Below, in pieces: positions 52,360 through 64,000 of a stretch of 64,000 bases of DNA. The translations under genes were made by a program, and so were the position numbers. The stretch lies in assembly GCF_002105155.1 (NCBI RefSeq), contig NW_019029015.1:248001-312000 (forward strand), given 5' to 3'. The first letter of the stretch is position 1, and every line of letters starts with the position of its first letter. The DNA is from Lobosporangium transversale (Eukaryota). The notes beneath the pieces were generated by a model. That model was not told the origin of the DNA, did not search any database, and saw only the letters and a list, made by a program, of their open reading frames with translations.

Positions 52360-53937
52360 TCACTTGCCAATGAGCCGCAGTTTTGACTTCAAGCTCTTCT
52401 TTGGTTGGAGAGGATCTCGATGCAAAGATGATGGATCATCGCCACAGCAAGGGTGGTCCCACGGTCGACTCGCTAGAGCAACTGGCAGGATCCAGATCGC
52501 AGAGATGACTACACCCTTTCCCAAGTCTTCAGACTTAATAGCAGTCCACTGATATTCAACCCAAGAAGCGATGATATTGGCAATAGGGACAAGAACACTT
52601 AATGCCGGAATGCCAGCGATAGCACTCGTAAGGATATTAAAGAAGATTTGACTGGTATTGGAGACATGTTGAATAGTGATCATGCACTTGTGGGGAACAT
52701 AGATCTCGAATCCCCACCAATAAGTGAAGGCGCTGACGGTACTGGTTGGAGGTGAGCCGAGCTGCAAGGCGAGAAGTTGGCGTGAAAATGAATTGATAGT
52801 CGCCACCAACGAGATTGGCGAAGATGCAGTAGCAGCGGCAGCAGCAACTGTTGTTGTTGTGGAAGAGGTGTTTTTAGAAGTGTTGGTTACTTTACAACCA
52901 TCTGGGGTAGACTTTGATGTATGAAGCAGTGCTTTAAGTGGGCTTGTCTTGAGGTTAGGCATAGAGGATTGACGATGGAGGCCTGATGATGCCTTGGCGT
53001 TGGCATCTGCTTGGAGTTCCTTGGGTTTTGAGACAGCGGCTATTGCTAGAAGAGCAGCTGCAGCGAGAGCAATCTGCTCACCTGTGGAGAGGCCTTTCTT
53101 AATAGGCAGTGGAGGTGTAGGTTTGCTGGATTTTGTAATGAACCGAAGAGATCCGTATCCAGTTGAGTTTGTAGAGCTCTTTTTATCATCCTTAGAAGTG
53201 ATAGTAGCTGTAGCCGTAGCTGTAGCCGTAGCTGTAGTAGCTGCAGGGATTGGCGATGAGGGAGTAGAAGTTGAGAACCACCATGCAGGCGATGTGATGC
53301 CGATACAGGACTGAGGATCGACCACACCTGTGGTTTGATCGTTACTCTTTTGAACTTCCCACGCCCACTTTTTATCAATCTTGTCCCATTCTTCCAATTC
53401 CTTGTCGAGATCGAGAGATTCTTGTGTCTTTTTCTTTTTCTTGCTATTGTTGGTATTATTGTTTTGATTATTCTCTTGTTTCGTTGTGGCGTTCTTATTG
53501 CCTGGTGTTGGTGCTGTTGCCGTCGTTGTTGTAGGAGCCATTGTGGTTGGGTCTGGCATAGCCTTCAAGAGAGCAATCACTTCATTGACCTTAGCAGGAT
53601 CTGCATTTTGTAGCGCTTTGATAACTTTTTTCTTTTCGCGATTGTCTACAAGAGCTTCATGGTCAGCGCCCTGGAAGAATGTGTGGAGTGTGGGCGAGGA
53701 TGTGGGCGCGGCCGTAGAAGATGTCAAGGAGTTAAACGCCGAGATGAGTCCTGCAAGGAAGAGAGGATATGGTGTAGATGCTGGCTTTCCATCCAGAGCA
53801 GGCAAGGAGGCAGATCTATGGTGCTGGTGCTGTTGCTGTTGTGAAAAGACATCTACTGCAGTCGGTCTTTTCCTCAGCGTGCTTGATGGTTCAGTGACCT
53901 TGACTGTCTTGTACTTTAGTGTTAAGATCGTTGACAT
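52360..53937 (-). CDS. Hypothetical 525-aa protein, low-complexity N-terminus with a globular-looking C-terminal domain
   Basis: Intact single ORF. C-terminal SAFTYWWGFEIYVPH...GKGVVISAIWILPVALASRPWD looks like a folded domain. Confidence 0.8.
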   Translation of the reverse strand: MSTILTLKYKTVKVTEPSSTLRKRPTAVDVFSQQQQHQHHRSASLPALDGKPASTPYPLFLAGLISAFNSLTSSTAAPTSSPTLHTFFQGADHEALVDNREKKKVIKALQNADPAKVNEVIALLKAMPDPTTMAPTTTTATAPTPGNKNATTKQENNQNNNTNNSKKKKKTQESLDLDKELEEWDKIDKKWAWEVQKSNDQTTGVVDPQSCIGITSPAWWFSTSTPSSPIPAATTATATATATATITSKDDKKSSTNSTGYGSLRFITKSSKPTPPLPIKKGLSTGEQIALAAAALLAIAAVSKPKELQADANAKASSGLHRQSSMPNLKTSPLKALLHTSKSTPDGCKVTNTSKNTSSTTTTVAAAAATASSPISLVATINSFSRQLLALQLGSPPTSTVSAFTYWWGFEIYVPHKCMITIQHVSNTSQIFFNILTSAIAGIPALSVLVPIANIIASWVEYQWTAIKSEDLGKGVVISAIWILPVALASRPWDHPCCGDDPSSLHRDPLQPKKSLKSKLRLIGK

Positions 53938-56900
53938 GTTGATAAAGAGCAGAAGTTTTAAAGAAAAGTGAAGGGACGTGTTCTGCTTTTGTTATATTTA
54001 TAGTACGTCTTCCCAGTTTCAAAATTGGGAAATTGCGCTGCTACTTTCCCGAGCCTTGGTATGCATTTCTTAGTCTTTTCTTGTAATTTTACTTGCTTCA
54101 AGGCCCCTTGTTTTTTTTCTTTTCTTTTTGTTATTACTGCATATCTGGGAAGAGGTGTGAAGTGATAGTGAGGCCACATGGTTAATTTTTTTCCATTTTA
54201 ATTGCTCCCACAAACAGTGAGTGGCGAAGAAAGAAGTCCAGAGTACTTTCAATGAGTCAGAGAGAGTGAAGAACAGGTTGTCTCTTGTTCGAATTCATTG
54301 ACCTACAACCATAGCATAGCAGAATAGAGCGTTGGGTCACAGGTCTTCTTTACTCTAATTTATTTACCGTCTCATTCTCAATCTCATGCATGTACTTACC
54401 CAGACAAAAGAGTATTGAGTCCAAATGAAAATGAATAAAGGAGATAGTGGTTATATCTCAGGCTATCATGAGGACGACGATGTGGAATGACTCCCAGCTG
54501 TTCAGAAAGAAGCGTCATAAAATGCCTACTCCTCAACACTATCTTATTAATACTAAGGCTATCATCTGTCTTGGTTGTTTGTGTTGTCGCATGCCTTTTT
54601 TATTTGTGTAGCTTGCTTCATTCTCCACCCCTACACTTTATTGGCCCTGTGTTGAGTCCTGCATCATCTGCATGCCGTATTTTGCGCTGTACAATGAATA
54701 AAGATTTTGACTTAATACATCCCATACAAAAGCATCCTAGTATGCATCACCGTAATTTTTTTTTTCTGAGCCATCTTTGAGCACCAGAGTCGTGTTTATT
54801 GTGAGTAAAAAGTCCTCATTATAGATTCTAAGGGTCTCCATCCGATATAGGCCTCCATATCAGCCTTATTAGGAATACCGTCATGATGGTAAGCGACCAA
54901 CAGTGATGTCTTTTTCTTTCATAACAAGGCTCTCTAGGTCATGGAATTCCTCAACAGCGATGCCTTCTCGCATGCTGTAGCGCAAATTTCAAACACTGCA
55001 CATGTTATTGACGTTATGTGAAACAGTGTCCTTTGAACCAGGACCATACATGTGTAATCTTATGAAATAAAGCTAAAATCTGCTCTGCTACCAAGCGGAT
55101 CTGCATCTTCCTGATAGTGAACCTGGAGAGTACGTAACAAAAAAGGGGTGAGTATAAGGCGGGACAGAAATGGCCCTGTCTTGAAGGATAATAAGCTTAA
55201 GTCGTCATGACATTCGACTTGGCCAGCTAATGAGGAAGGTGACCGTAGTACTTGTGGCAAAAAAACACCAGCTTTTTTTTGTTCTTTCATTTCATTTTTT
55301 TTATATCACAGAGGTATGACCGACGTCGACCAAAGGAGTGGATGACGCTCTTTTACTCTTTGTTTTTACAGGCACGATAACCCGGGTTGTATTTGCTTAA
55401 GCGCCCTTCGTCCTTGCATTTTTTTCCCATATCCCCTTGAAAACATGAAGAAAGGTCCAATAAAACGATAATGAGAGCACGGATGACCATGTAAACAAAT
55501 CTCATTTTCCTTATCTTTCAAAGAGCTCAAAAGAGTCAATGCACTGCAACAACAGCATTTTGGAGTTAACCACCAATGGGCATGAGGCTGCCTTTGCAAG
55601 CAGGAGCCTATAAGCATTTCCCAAACCTGTCGGATTAATTAATGAGTACTTTAACATATTTGTTGCTGTAACTATGGTTTCGTACATGTATAAAGTTATT
55701 TCATAAAAAGGCGGGTGGATGGATGATGCCTGTTGTTTTTCCTTTAGAGGAACCAAAATGGCACAAGTTTTTCATTATTAGAGTTAATATGAAGACAAAA
55801 TATGGTTTTGTATACAAGAACGCGTTACTGCACACGCGATTTCCAGCATCCAATGAAACTCTTTGGACGCCCCATCGAACAATTGACTAAGATTCTGTTC
55901 CTGCATGTACAAGAAAACAAACTGGAGCTTTGGCTGTGCTCATTTGCAACCACACTCATCAACTCATGCATGTAAAAGAGCAAATATATATATATAAGAG
56001 GTTGTTCTAGTTGGTTCTAAGATCTTGTTCTATTTCGTCCTTCTCCTTCATGCTCGTCATTGATCGTTAAAGCTTTACCTTCCTTTAATTTTCCCCCTAT
56101 CCATAAATTGCCACCATGCTTGAGGTCTACACAAAGCTTAGCTGAGGTACTGTCCTGCGCTACATCTCCTTAGCTGCTCTCTAATCTATCTTTTTTTTTT
56201 TTTTTTTTTTTTTTTTTGCAAGTGTGGAATTAATGCCACGTTTATATTGAAGCATTAACTTTTTTTCCTCGTATCTTTTCCTCTCCTCCTTTCCACGCTC
56301 TCGCCCACGCGCCGCGTGCTACTGCATCTCCTGCTTCTCTCCTTTTTTTTTTTTTTTTTTTTTTTTTTTTGGATAAGAACGCGCTTATTACACATGGAGG
56401 CCTATTCTCCATTCTTACCCAGATCGGTCATCATTTCATCTTCCTTCTGCCCCTTTTTGGAGCTCGACCTGCAGACAATTTATCCCATCCTATCCTGGAG
56501 AGCCAGGAAAAGACTAACAAGAAACCACGCGAAAAAAAAAAATAAACAAACGTTGCCTTCTTTTCTTAACCTATTGCCTATTGTCTCCTTTCTTGCCCTT
56601 TTTTCATGGAGATTTTTCTAATACCTTTCATCTTGCCCCCTCTCCGCTCCTTGCTTCTCATCCTTTCTTTCCCCTGCCCAGCTTGTCTTTTTTCCTTTTT
56701 AAATGGTATTTTAGAGATCATTGCAAATACAATCTCTTTCCCCCATACTTTGGTCTTACTGCATTGAAGTAACAGCGAGAGAGCTATTTCAATTATTTGG
56801 TATGAGATTCCCTGGCTTACTTGTCTACTTCTTTTCTTCTTTCCTTTCAAACGATTGCCTCAATACCACCGTATTGCCCTTCAATTCTCTGCTTCATCGC

Positions 56901-57274
56901 TTTCTCATTCCGGACAGTCTGTCTCATGTACATTGCGTCTCCATTTCCTTTCATTTAGTAATTCATTGTTACACCCTCGTTCATGAGTTGAGCTACATAA
57001 TTTTTAATTTCTATTTGATTCATATTAACAAACTTAACGAGCTGATCGTTCCTGTTCTTGTGTCACTCATCACTAAAGACTAAAGCACCTGGAACCACTT
57101 TTCGGACTTCACGCGCCTTTTTATTTCCTCCTTCTCCTTTACGGGTAATGCCTGGCATACTCATCGATCTCCTCTGCTTTGGTTGCAGAGCATTCATTCA
57201 TTCATTTCCTTTATCTTTATCTTTATTCTATACATCAGCAACCAACTACTTTCTGGTCCCTTTCGATCTACTGA

Positions 57275-60077
57275 ATGGTTAATTCTGAGACTGAACAACT
57301 TTGGAAGACCCAAGATGCAAAGGCTGGTCTACAAGTGAGTTCTATACAAGATGGTCCTTCAGCTGCGGACACGAAGCTCTCAGAACCACCACGATTGTCC
57401 TGGTTACCTTTGGGTACTGTAGGGTATAATGCGTACGACAAAGAATTGGAGAATCTGGATGATCTGCAAGGCACCGCTGCCATGGCGCTGACAGCTCTAT
57501 CATCAGGCATGGGAACAGCCCCGAGGCATGGGTCCGGATTAACAATGATTAAAGATGGGACATATTATGATGATATTCAACAAGATCAGAGCATAGTGAC
57601 AGCGACACCAGAATGGAATTCCGTCAAATTATCGCAGGATGTTAATACAGTAACATCTATGGTCACAACATCGTCCCCAGCACCTCATTCCACGAGTGTA
57701 GCCTTAATGGTTCACGACGAACAGGGGCCCCGATCAGCTTCAGATCGTGAGAAGGCGAGTGCGGCGTCAGTCCCAAAAGCGCGCTCAGGAGACGTAGAAA
57801 TAATAGCAGCGGCAGAAACACAGGTTGACTTTATTCCAATAGCGGGATCAATCCAGCCCAAGGAACATGATTTTAATCCTGCAACAACATCAGCGATGAC
57901 AGCATACGCATCATCACCGCCGCCACCGATTGCCGTGGCGCCAACTTTCTCTAACGTCCCTAACGTGGCCATGTCATCACTTTCATCAAACATCTACGCG
58001 TCGGCGGTCCAAGCACCAGTAAAACGGACCCAATCTGTAAGTACAGTTATAAACTGGCTTTAAAAATTCGATTATTGAGTTGGGTTGCGCACCGAACTAT
58101 GGCTCCTGACATTTTACTGAATTTTGTGCATCTTTACATGTGGTGTTTATGCAGCTATCGCATCTACTTGAGGATCGATTGTCGCTAGAACCAATGAAAG
58201 CAGGGCAGGTGAGAAAAATGTTTCATTCAGAACATGGATATTGGGCAGGCCATTCGTACAATGGCGGAGAACAAGTGAGTGTACGAACAGTGGATGAAAG
58301 ATCACTCCAGGCCCAGATCAACAGTTCACGCACCAACCACCAACAGGACTTCCATAAAACATATTTGCATTCAACAAATATGGCTTACCACCAAAACGCT
58401 TCACCACTCAACCTCCGGCCTTTCACTAGGGGTGAGACTCAGTATGCTCAAGAATGGGACCTGGAGCGTCAGTCACAAAGACAGGAATCGTATCAACCAT
58501 CCGTACAGCATGAGCAATCTCATCATTCAAAAGATATAGTCCTCACCCACCTGGTGCACCATTCTGCTCCTCTCGAAGCTGCAATCGTGAAACCGAAACG
58601 AAAGTACATTAAAAAACCATCGACTCTTCAGCTCATGGTGCAAACTTCCAGCCAAGCAAAAATCTCGCCTCTGGCAAAACAAGAGGATGACCCACTCTTG
58701 CAGTCTGACCGAGGATTAATCCTTAAGACTCAGATCCCAAAGAAAGGCAGGCCTATTTCGAAACATGCATCTACTTCTCAAGGCACGCCAGCAGTCCCCT
58801 CATTTGGAGCTACTCCCATGAGCCACTCCTCTTTTAATCCTAAAGCTAAAACCTCTGTGCCTGCCTCCGTCAATTCACCTAACACTAAGCAGCAGTTCGA
58901 GCTCAATTACCACTATCATCATCAGCAATCTCCCCCTATACCTGCTCTAGCTGGCGCTAAAATCCGTCTTCCTTCTGATGACTCTCATTTACTAGCTCCG
59001 TCTCCTGTTCGTTGCCGGCCAGGTCGACCGCCACTAGCCACAGTAGCTCGACATACACACTCTCAATCTCACTTAGGCCTACAGTCTGGCCTCCTTTCTA
59101 TGTCTGATTCCGATTCTCATTTGCTATTGTCGAAACCATTCCCGACACCATCACCAGAAGATAGCGCTATTACCAGGCGCACAATAGCTAGCGATCATGA
59201 TCCACACGATTGGCCACGGCCACCCCACAGTGCGCCATCGTCATTCTCTGCACAAAGAACACAGTGTTCTAGGCACAGTTATCCTAGTTCAGACAACCAG
59301 TATAACCATACCCTGGCTATCCAATACCATGATACACAGTCACTCATGGAGTCTGAACAATTACGAGGAGGTCGATTTATCCAAGAGCCCCATCAGAGCA
59401 GAGGTCCACCGTCATGGCAGCAACGTTCTTTTGGAGGAAAACCGATGCAGATGAACAGCCGAAAGAGAAATATTTACGGAGCAGAGAAGCAGCAGTTTAT
59501 GAGCGAGCCATACAGTCCTGAAGATGAGAAAAGGGAGATGTGCTCCATCTATACCTTAGTTGATTATGACGAGAGTGGACGATTCAGGAAACGATCCTCA
59601 AGGTTGGATTTAAAGCCGCCAAACCCTGAATCAAACTTTCGAGAGCAAGATACTTTTCAAAGCTGGCCAAGCAATGACTCCAGCAAGCGACGTCCGCGAC
59701 CTCAGTCGCTGGTGCTTCCTAGGACTTACAGTGACCCTTTGCACAGACAGTCGGCGATTACAATGGCACTAGAGAGAGGGTCAACGGAGCACTATATAAG
59801 TAAGGACATGGCAAGGATAGAAGACAGGGATCTGGCGATTTACGAATCACGAGTGCAGAGCTCACCTACTCTTCCTAGGCTATCATGCGCTCGGCTCCTT
59901 GGCGCTGATCGTTCGTCCCATACCAATGCACAGTCTTTGGATATTTCCATGCATCCACGTTTTGCTTCGAGTCAACCGTTGCGACAATATCAAGAACAGT
60001 ATCCTTCCGGCCATGTTGTTCATTCCTTCCATGATATGCTTAATGAACAACTTGGCTACAGTCGCTCCAAAAGCTAG
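57275..60077 (+). CDS. Hypothetical disordered protein (~890 aa) with AT-hook-like motifs; exons 57275-58036, 58155-60077
   Basis: Two long ORFs joined in frame by a GTAAGT...GCAG intron. Basic motifs KPKRKYIKK, KKGRP and RPGRPP. Confidence 0.72.
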
Positions 60078-60615
60078 ACTACCCATATTATCTCTCGCCC
60101 CCTTCCTGCTCTTACTTCTTCTGATCCGGCAAGGCTTCATCATTCAGTATCCAGAATTGGCAGCTGCGTGACGCTCTGTATCAACTGGTCCTTCTGTAAT
60201 CCTCTATTCCGTAAAAAAAAGGTTTTCTCCTAGCATCCACAATACAGAGTCTGTTGATCTTATTACTCATTCTGCCACTCAATGGACTTTAATTATTACT
60301 TTGTATACTCTCTATAAAAGATATTATTCTGCTTTCTATCTCGTCTCACTTAATGCTTTTTATTTTTATTTATATATTTATTTGGAGAGAAGACATACGG
60401 TTACCTTCCCGCCACGCAGTTCGCTCGTTGTGTGGCCTTGGCTCATCACCATTGACAACTGGGGTGGTTGAGGCTGGTAGGTTTGTTCACGAGCGGTGAT
60501 TTTCGTCGGTGGCATTTTTTTAAAAAAAGATTACTGTCTCCATTTATATTTTCTATTTACGCGTTTTCGCATCGCACTCGTTTTTAGGTTCGTCATCCTT
60601 TCTTTAATCGGCTGA

Positions 60616-60855
60616 TATAACAATGACAGACATCAGCTCGGCGGCACGGACGCGAAATGTAGCCCTTATGATACACTAGCTCATAGTGTCGATGCTCTCC
60701 AAGGACAACTCTTCGAAAACATAGATTCCGTAACTAGTCAAGGGTCGGTGAATTTCCCTGTGATCGAGCTGGAGCATCTATACGTCAGGAAGGTTTACAT
60801 GGACCTTTACCAAGAGGCCATAAAGAGACTTGACCATATAGAGACTACAGGGTGA
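60616..60855 (+). pseudogene. Possible Crinkler-family (CRN-associated NTPase) gene relic
   Basis: Open frame ...VNFPVIELEHLYVRKVYMDLYQEAIKRLD...TTG* resembles the LYVR..Y..LY segment that precedes the Walker A of CRN-type proteins. It is truncated there. Confidence 0.35.
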
Positions 60856-61901
60856 CCACAAAATATTGCTCGACGTCCTTCCTTTACAAGACTTTTTGAG
60901 GGGTTCAAAAAAAAGGAGTGGATTGGATCTAAAGAAATCTATGGCGAGTTCCAATTACAGAAGTTGCAAGGCCGCTGTCAAATACGAAGCAATACGTTTT
61001 GGGGGTTAATAATATGGGTTTACCTACCAGAAAATCCTCATGAAGGCGACAAATAATAAAAATTACTTATACATGTCACTCCAATACTTGTCAATTGTTC
61101 AGAGAATGGTAAAAAAAAGCTTGGCTTTATAATGGAGAGGATATACAAGGCTACAAATGCAATCAAAAAACAAGCTGGCAGATCCATGTCGAGTGGGAAG
61201 GGCGTACTTCATCTGGCACATCGGGCTGACAAATGAATGCGAGAAATCTTTTTTTTTTTTTTTTGCACCTGCATTTTATATTGGTTGACCACAGTTCTTC
61301 AGAATCAATGACAGTGTTACACTCTTCTCATCAGGATTGCCTTATTGACTGGTCCAGCTTGCGTGCAAAGCGGATGGAAGAGATTTGAAGATCGTTGTAT
61401 TTATCAAGCGGGAAACAGTGGCACCCAAGGTGGAGTTTCTTCATGAAAGGAGCTGCCTATGAAACCAAAGTTGAAATTTCAAGACCTCTCATACCGATTT
61501 GGTTCGGTAAATTCAGTGAGTATCTTTCATGTTAATGAATAGGAGCATGGATCCAAGTTCCAACTGGGAATGCTTATGCCTAAATGGGTCATATTGTCAA
61601 CTTTTAATGCCTTTAGAGAGACTCTAAGAGCTGAATTCTCTTAAAGAGAGCAGGCTCTGCAGGTTGTTGCGAACTTTTTTTTTTTTTTTTTTTTTTTTTG
61701 ATAAAACGGCTCAATTGAGGGATAGTCTTGCCACAAATGTCATAACATGTGTTATTTTTTACCGGTTTCGGTCCTTTAAAATTAAATTCATTTCCCCTGT
61801 CTCTTTGAGACTAAGAGAAGAGGTCGTTGTCCCTTTCTCTCTTCATTGTTTCAATTTCAATTCCACAATTTGGTTCCTTCATTCACTTGACCCGACGCAA
61901 A

Positions 61902-64000
61902 ATGAGCACCTATAATCTCAAAGACCCTTCCACGCCCGTAGTCTCAGGCCGTCTCTTGGCGGTCCTCACAAACGTCGTTGAGAATATTGGCGAGTCCACA
62001 GGTATTATCTCGCACCTATGCAAAGACGCTGGTTTATATAGTCTTCGTGAAATCAACTACAATGAACCTCCTACGACTATGCCTATTTGGCCCCCTGTTC
62101 AGGATATGGTCCAAGCTGCCATCCCTTCCAATGGCTCCACATTGAGTGCACACGACTTTCTCACCTCGCTTCAGCAGCGTGCTGATCACGAAGCTTCTCA
62201 TGGAGCTCGATCGGCTACTGCTGTTGATAGTAATGAACAAAAATTCTTGACCTGTCGTGACTTTTATATCGCCTACAAATCAGGGAAAAGAAAACCAACT
62301 GAGGTAGTTATAGCTGTTACGAAGACGAGTGGAAGGTTGAAATCCTTACTCAATTTAACGCTTCATTATAAAAACATTTTTGAATTTCTTAGGTTGCAGA
62401 ACAACTTTTGAATGCGATCAAGGCTTCAGATGAAGTCTCGCCAGCCTTGGGTGCTGTCTGGAACTATAATAGGGATGCCATCCTCAAGCAAGCTAAAGAA
62501 TCAACAGACCGATATAACCAAGGCCGACCTTTAAGTATCGTCGACGGTGTTCCAGTTATCATCAAAGGTACCAAAAAAAAAAAAAAAAAAAAAAAGTGTG
62601 ACTGCAAAGAAGCAAGCAAATCTAACTTTTTGTACAATGGGGTTTCAATCATCCTTTTATTTTCTTCAAGATGAGCTCGACATCAAAGGACTTGAAACTG
62701 GAGTTGGTACTAATTTCATCAACAAGGGTAACCCAGCAAAGGAAGATGCTCACCTGGTCTCCTTGCTCCGTTCCCACGGCGCTCTCATTATTGGCAAATC
62801 TGTTATGCACGAGATTGGTAAGCAAATGACCGATTGATTTTCTTAATTTGTTTGTGTACACATTAAGACAGAGCATCGGTATCTGACAAATAATCAAATT
62901 GACAGGTTTGGGTATCACCAACTTCAACCCCAGTACTAAAACTCCCCGGAATCCTTACCAGCCCGAACATTCAACAGGAGGAAGTTCAGGCGGATCAGGC
63001 GCCGCTGTAGCCTCTGGGTAAGTTGAACAGTATTCATGGTTACTTTTTAAAGCTACAATAGTACCTTTTTATTTTTGTTTTTTAATATTCATCACTTCTA
63101 TTATCAAAATAGACTTTGTCCAATTGCAATTGGGTGTGATGGCGGTGGATCCGTCAGAATCCCTTCATCGTACTGCGGGATCTATGGTCTGAAACCCACC
63201 CAGGGCCGTATTTCAGGCCGGGGTGAATATCCATTGGCGCCGAGTGTAGCGACTAGCGGACCCATGTGCGCCACAATGGAGGACCTTGCGATCGTATACG
63301 CCATTATTGCCGGTCGAGATGTTAAGGTTTGTTGCTGCTAACATTAAAAGACACTTTGCACTTTGTGTGCATACTGGGCGCAATCCAAATGTGTTCTAAT
63401 GAAACAAGGTTTGCATTCGTACATTTAATTTAGGATCCGAATTCACACTTTCAGCCTGCAGTAGTGTTACCAGCTCCGGGTGATGCGGCAATTGCTGCCT
63501 CCAGTGGTCAGCTTCAAGGCCTCCGCATTGGCATCTATCGCCGCTGGTTTGAAGACGTCACTCATCCTGAGATCTCCAAGATATGCTACAAGATGCTAGA
63601 TCAACTCTGCAAGGATCATGGAGCTGTACTTGTTGATATTGAAATCCCTGAGCTGTTTGAATTGAACAAGGCACACAATATTGCGATTGTTGGAGAGATG
63701 ATATCAGAAGTCTATGTAAGTTGAACAAAAAAAAAACTATTTGAATGCTTGCGAGCTACGAAGAAATATAATATGATATTTATTACTATTAACACTTATG
63801 CTTTCTTTTTGCTTTTCTTTCATTATTCCATGTCTTAATTAGAAAGATCGCAAGAAGTTTAATTATCAGACGAGGCTAGAATTGGCAATGATGAATAGTT
63901 TGAGGATGCAGGATTATGTTCGGGCACAAAAGCAGCGAACGCGTAATATCCGCTTCCTTGAGACTTTGTTTGGACATAAAGCAGATGACCAGCAGCACCA
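61902..64000 (+). CDS. Amidase-signature enzyme (fatty acid amide hydrolase-like), multi-exon, runs off the right edge
   Basis: [23 protein letters not shown]...[15 protein letters not shown] and [23 protein letters not shown] motifs. Confidence 0.94.

Noticed and set aside
60384..60436. Resemblance to U6atac or U1 snRNA words (GGAGAGAAG, CATACGGTTA, TTACCT)
   Set aside because: The U6atac catalytic core and the U1 ACTTACCTG and Sm site are missing.
1..64000. CRISPR arrays, rRNA genes, prokaryotic operons
   Set aside because: None seen; the DNA is eukaryotic with spliceosomal introns. Poly-K and poly-F ORFs in the track come from homopolymer tracts.

Overview
This is AT-rich, intron-containing eukaryotic DNA. 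Gene content and style suggest an early-diverging fungus, Mortierellaceae-like (inference). I can support about 20 protein-coding genes, mostly spliced, and one tRNA-Gln(CTG). The genes are IMP3, an ML/NPC2-like secreted protein, an Lnt-like membrane nitrilase, an MFS transporter, two alpha/beta hydrolases, an Asteroid/FAM120-like PIN protein, PRP3, a two-finger GATA factor, GID4-like, TEN1-like, a split HMG-box protein, a heme-less sulfite-oxidase-family enzyme, a CBF1-like bHLH, a GT71 mannosyltransferase, an amidase and several low-complexity orphans. The first ~9 kb is rich in mobile DNA. It holds an intact, intronless XPG/FEN1-family nuclease ORF that the ORF track missed (minus strand, 855 to off the left edge). 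Beside it lies a decayed TnpB/Fanzor-like fragment with a RuvC-I 'CDPG' motif, followed by two inverted-repeat elements and a piggyBac relic. The best candidate for an undescribed system is a PIN/XPG 5'-nuclease plus Fanzor-like mobile element; testing it needs the sequence left of this window. All family assignments come from manual translation and motif recognition, not database searches.
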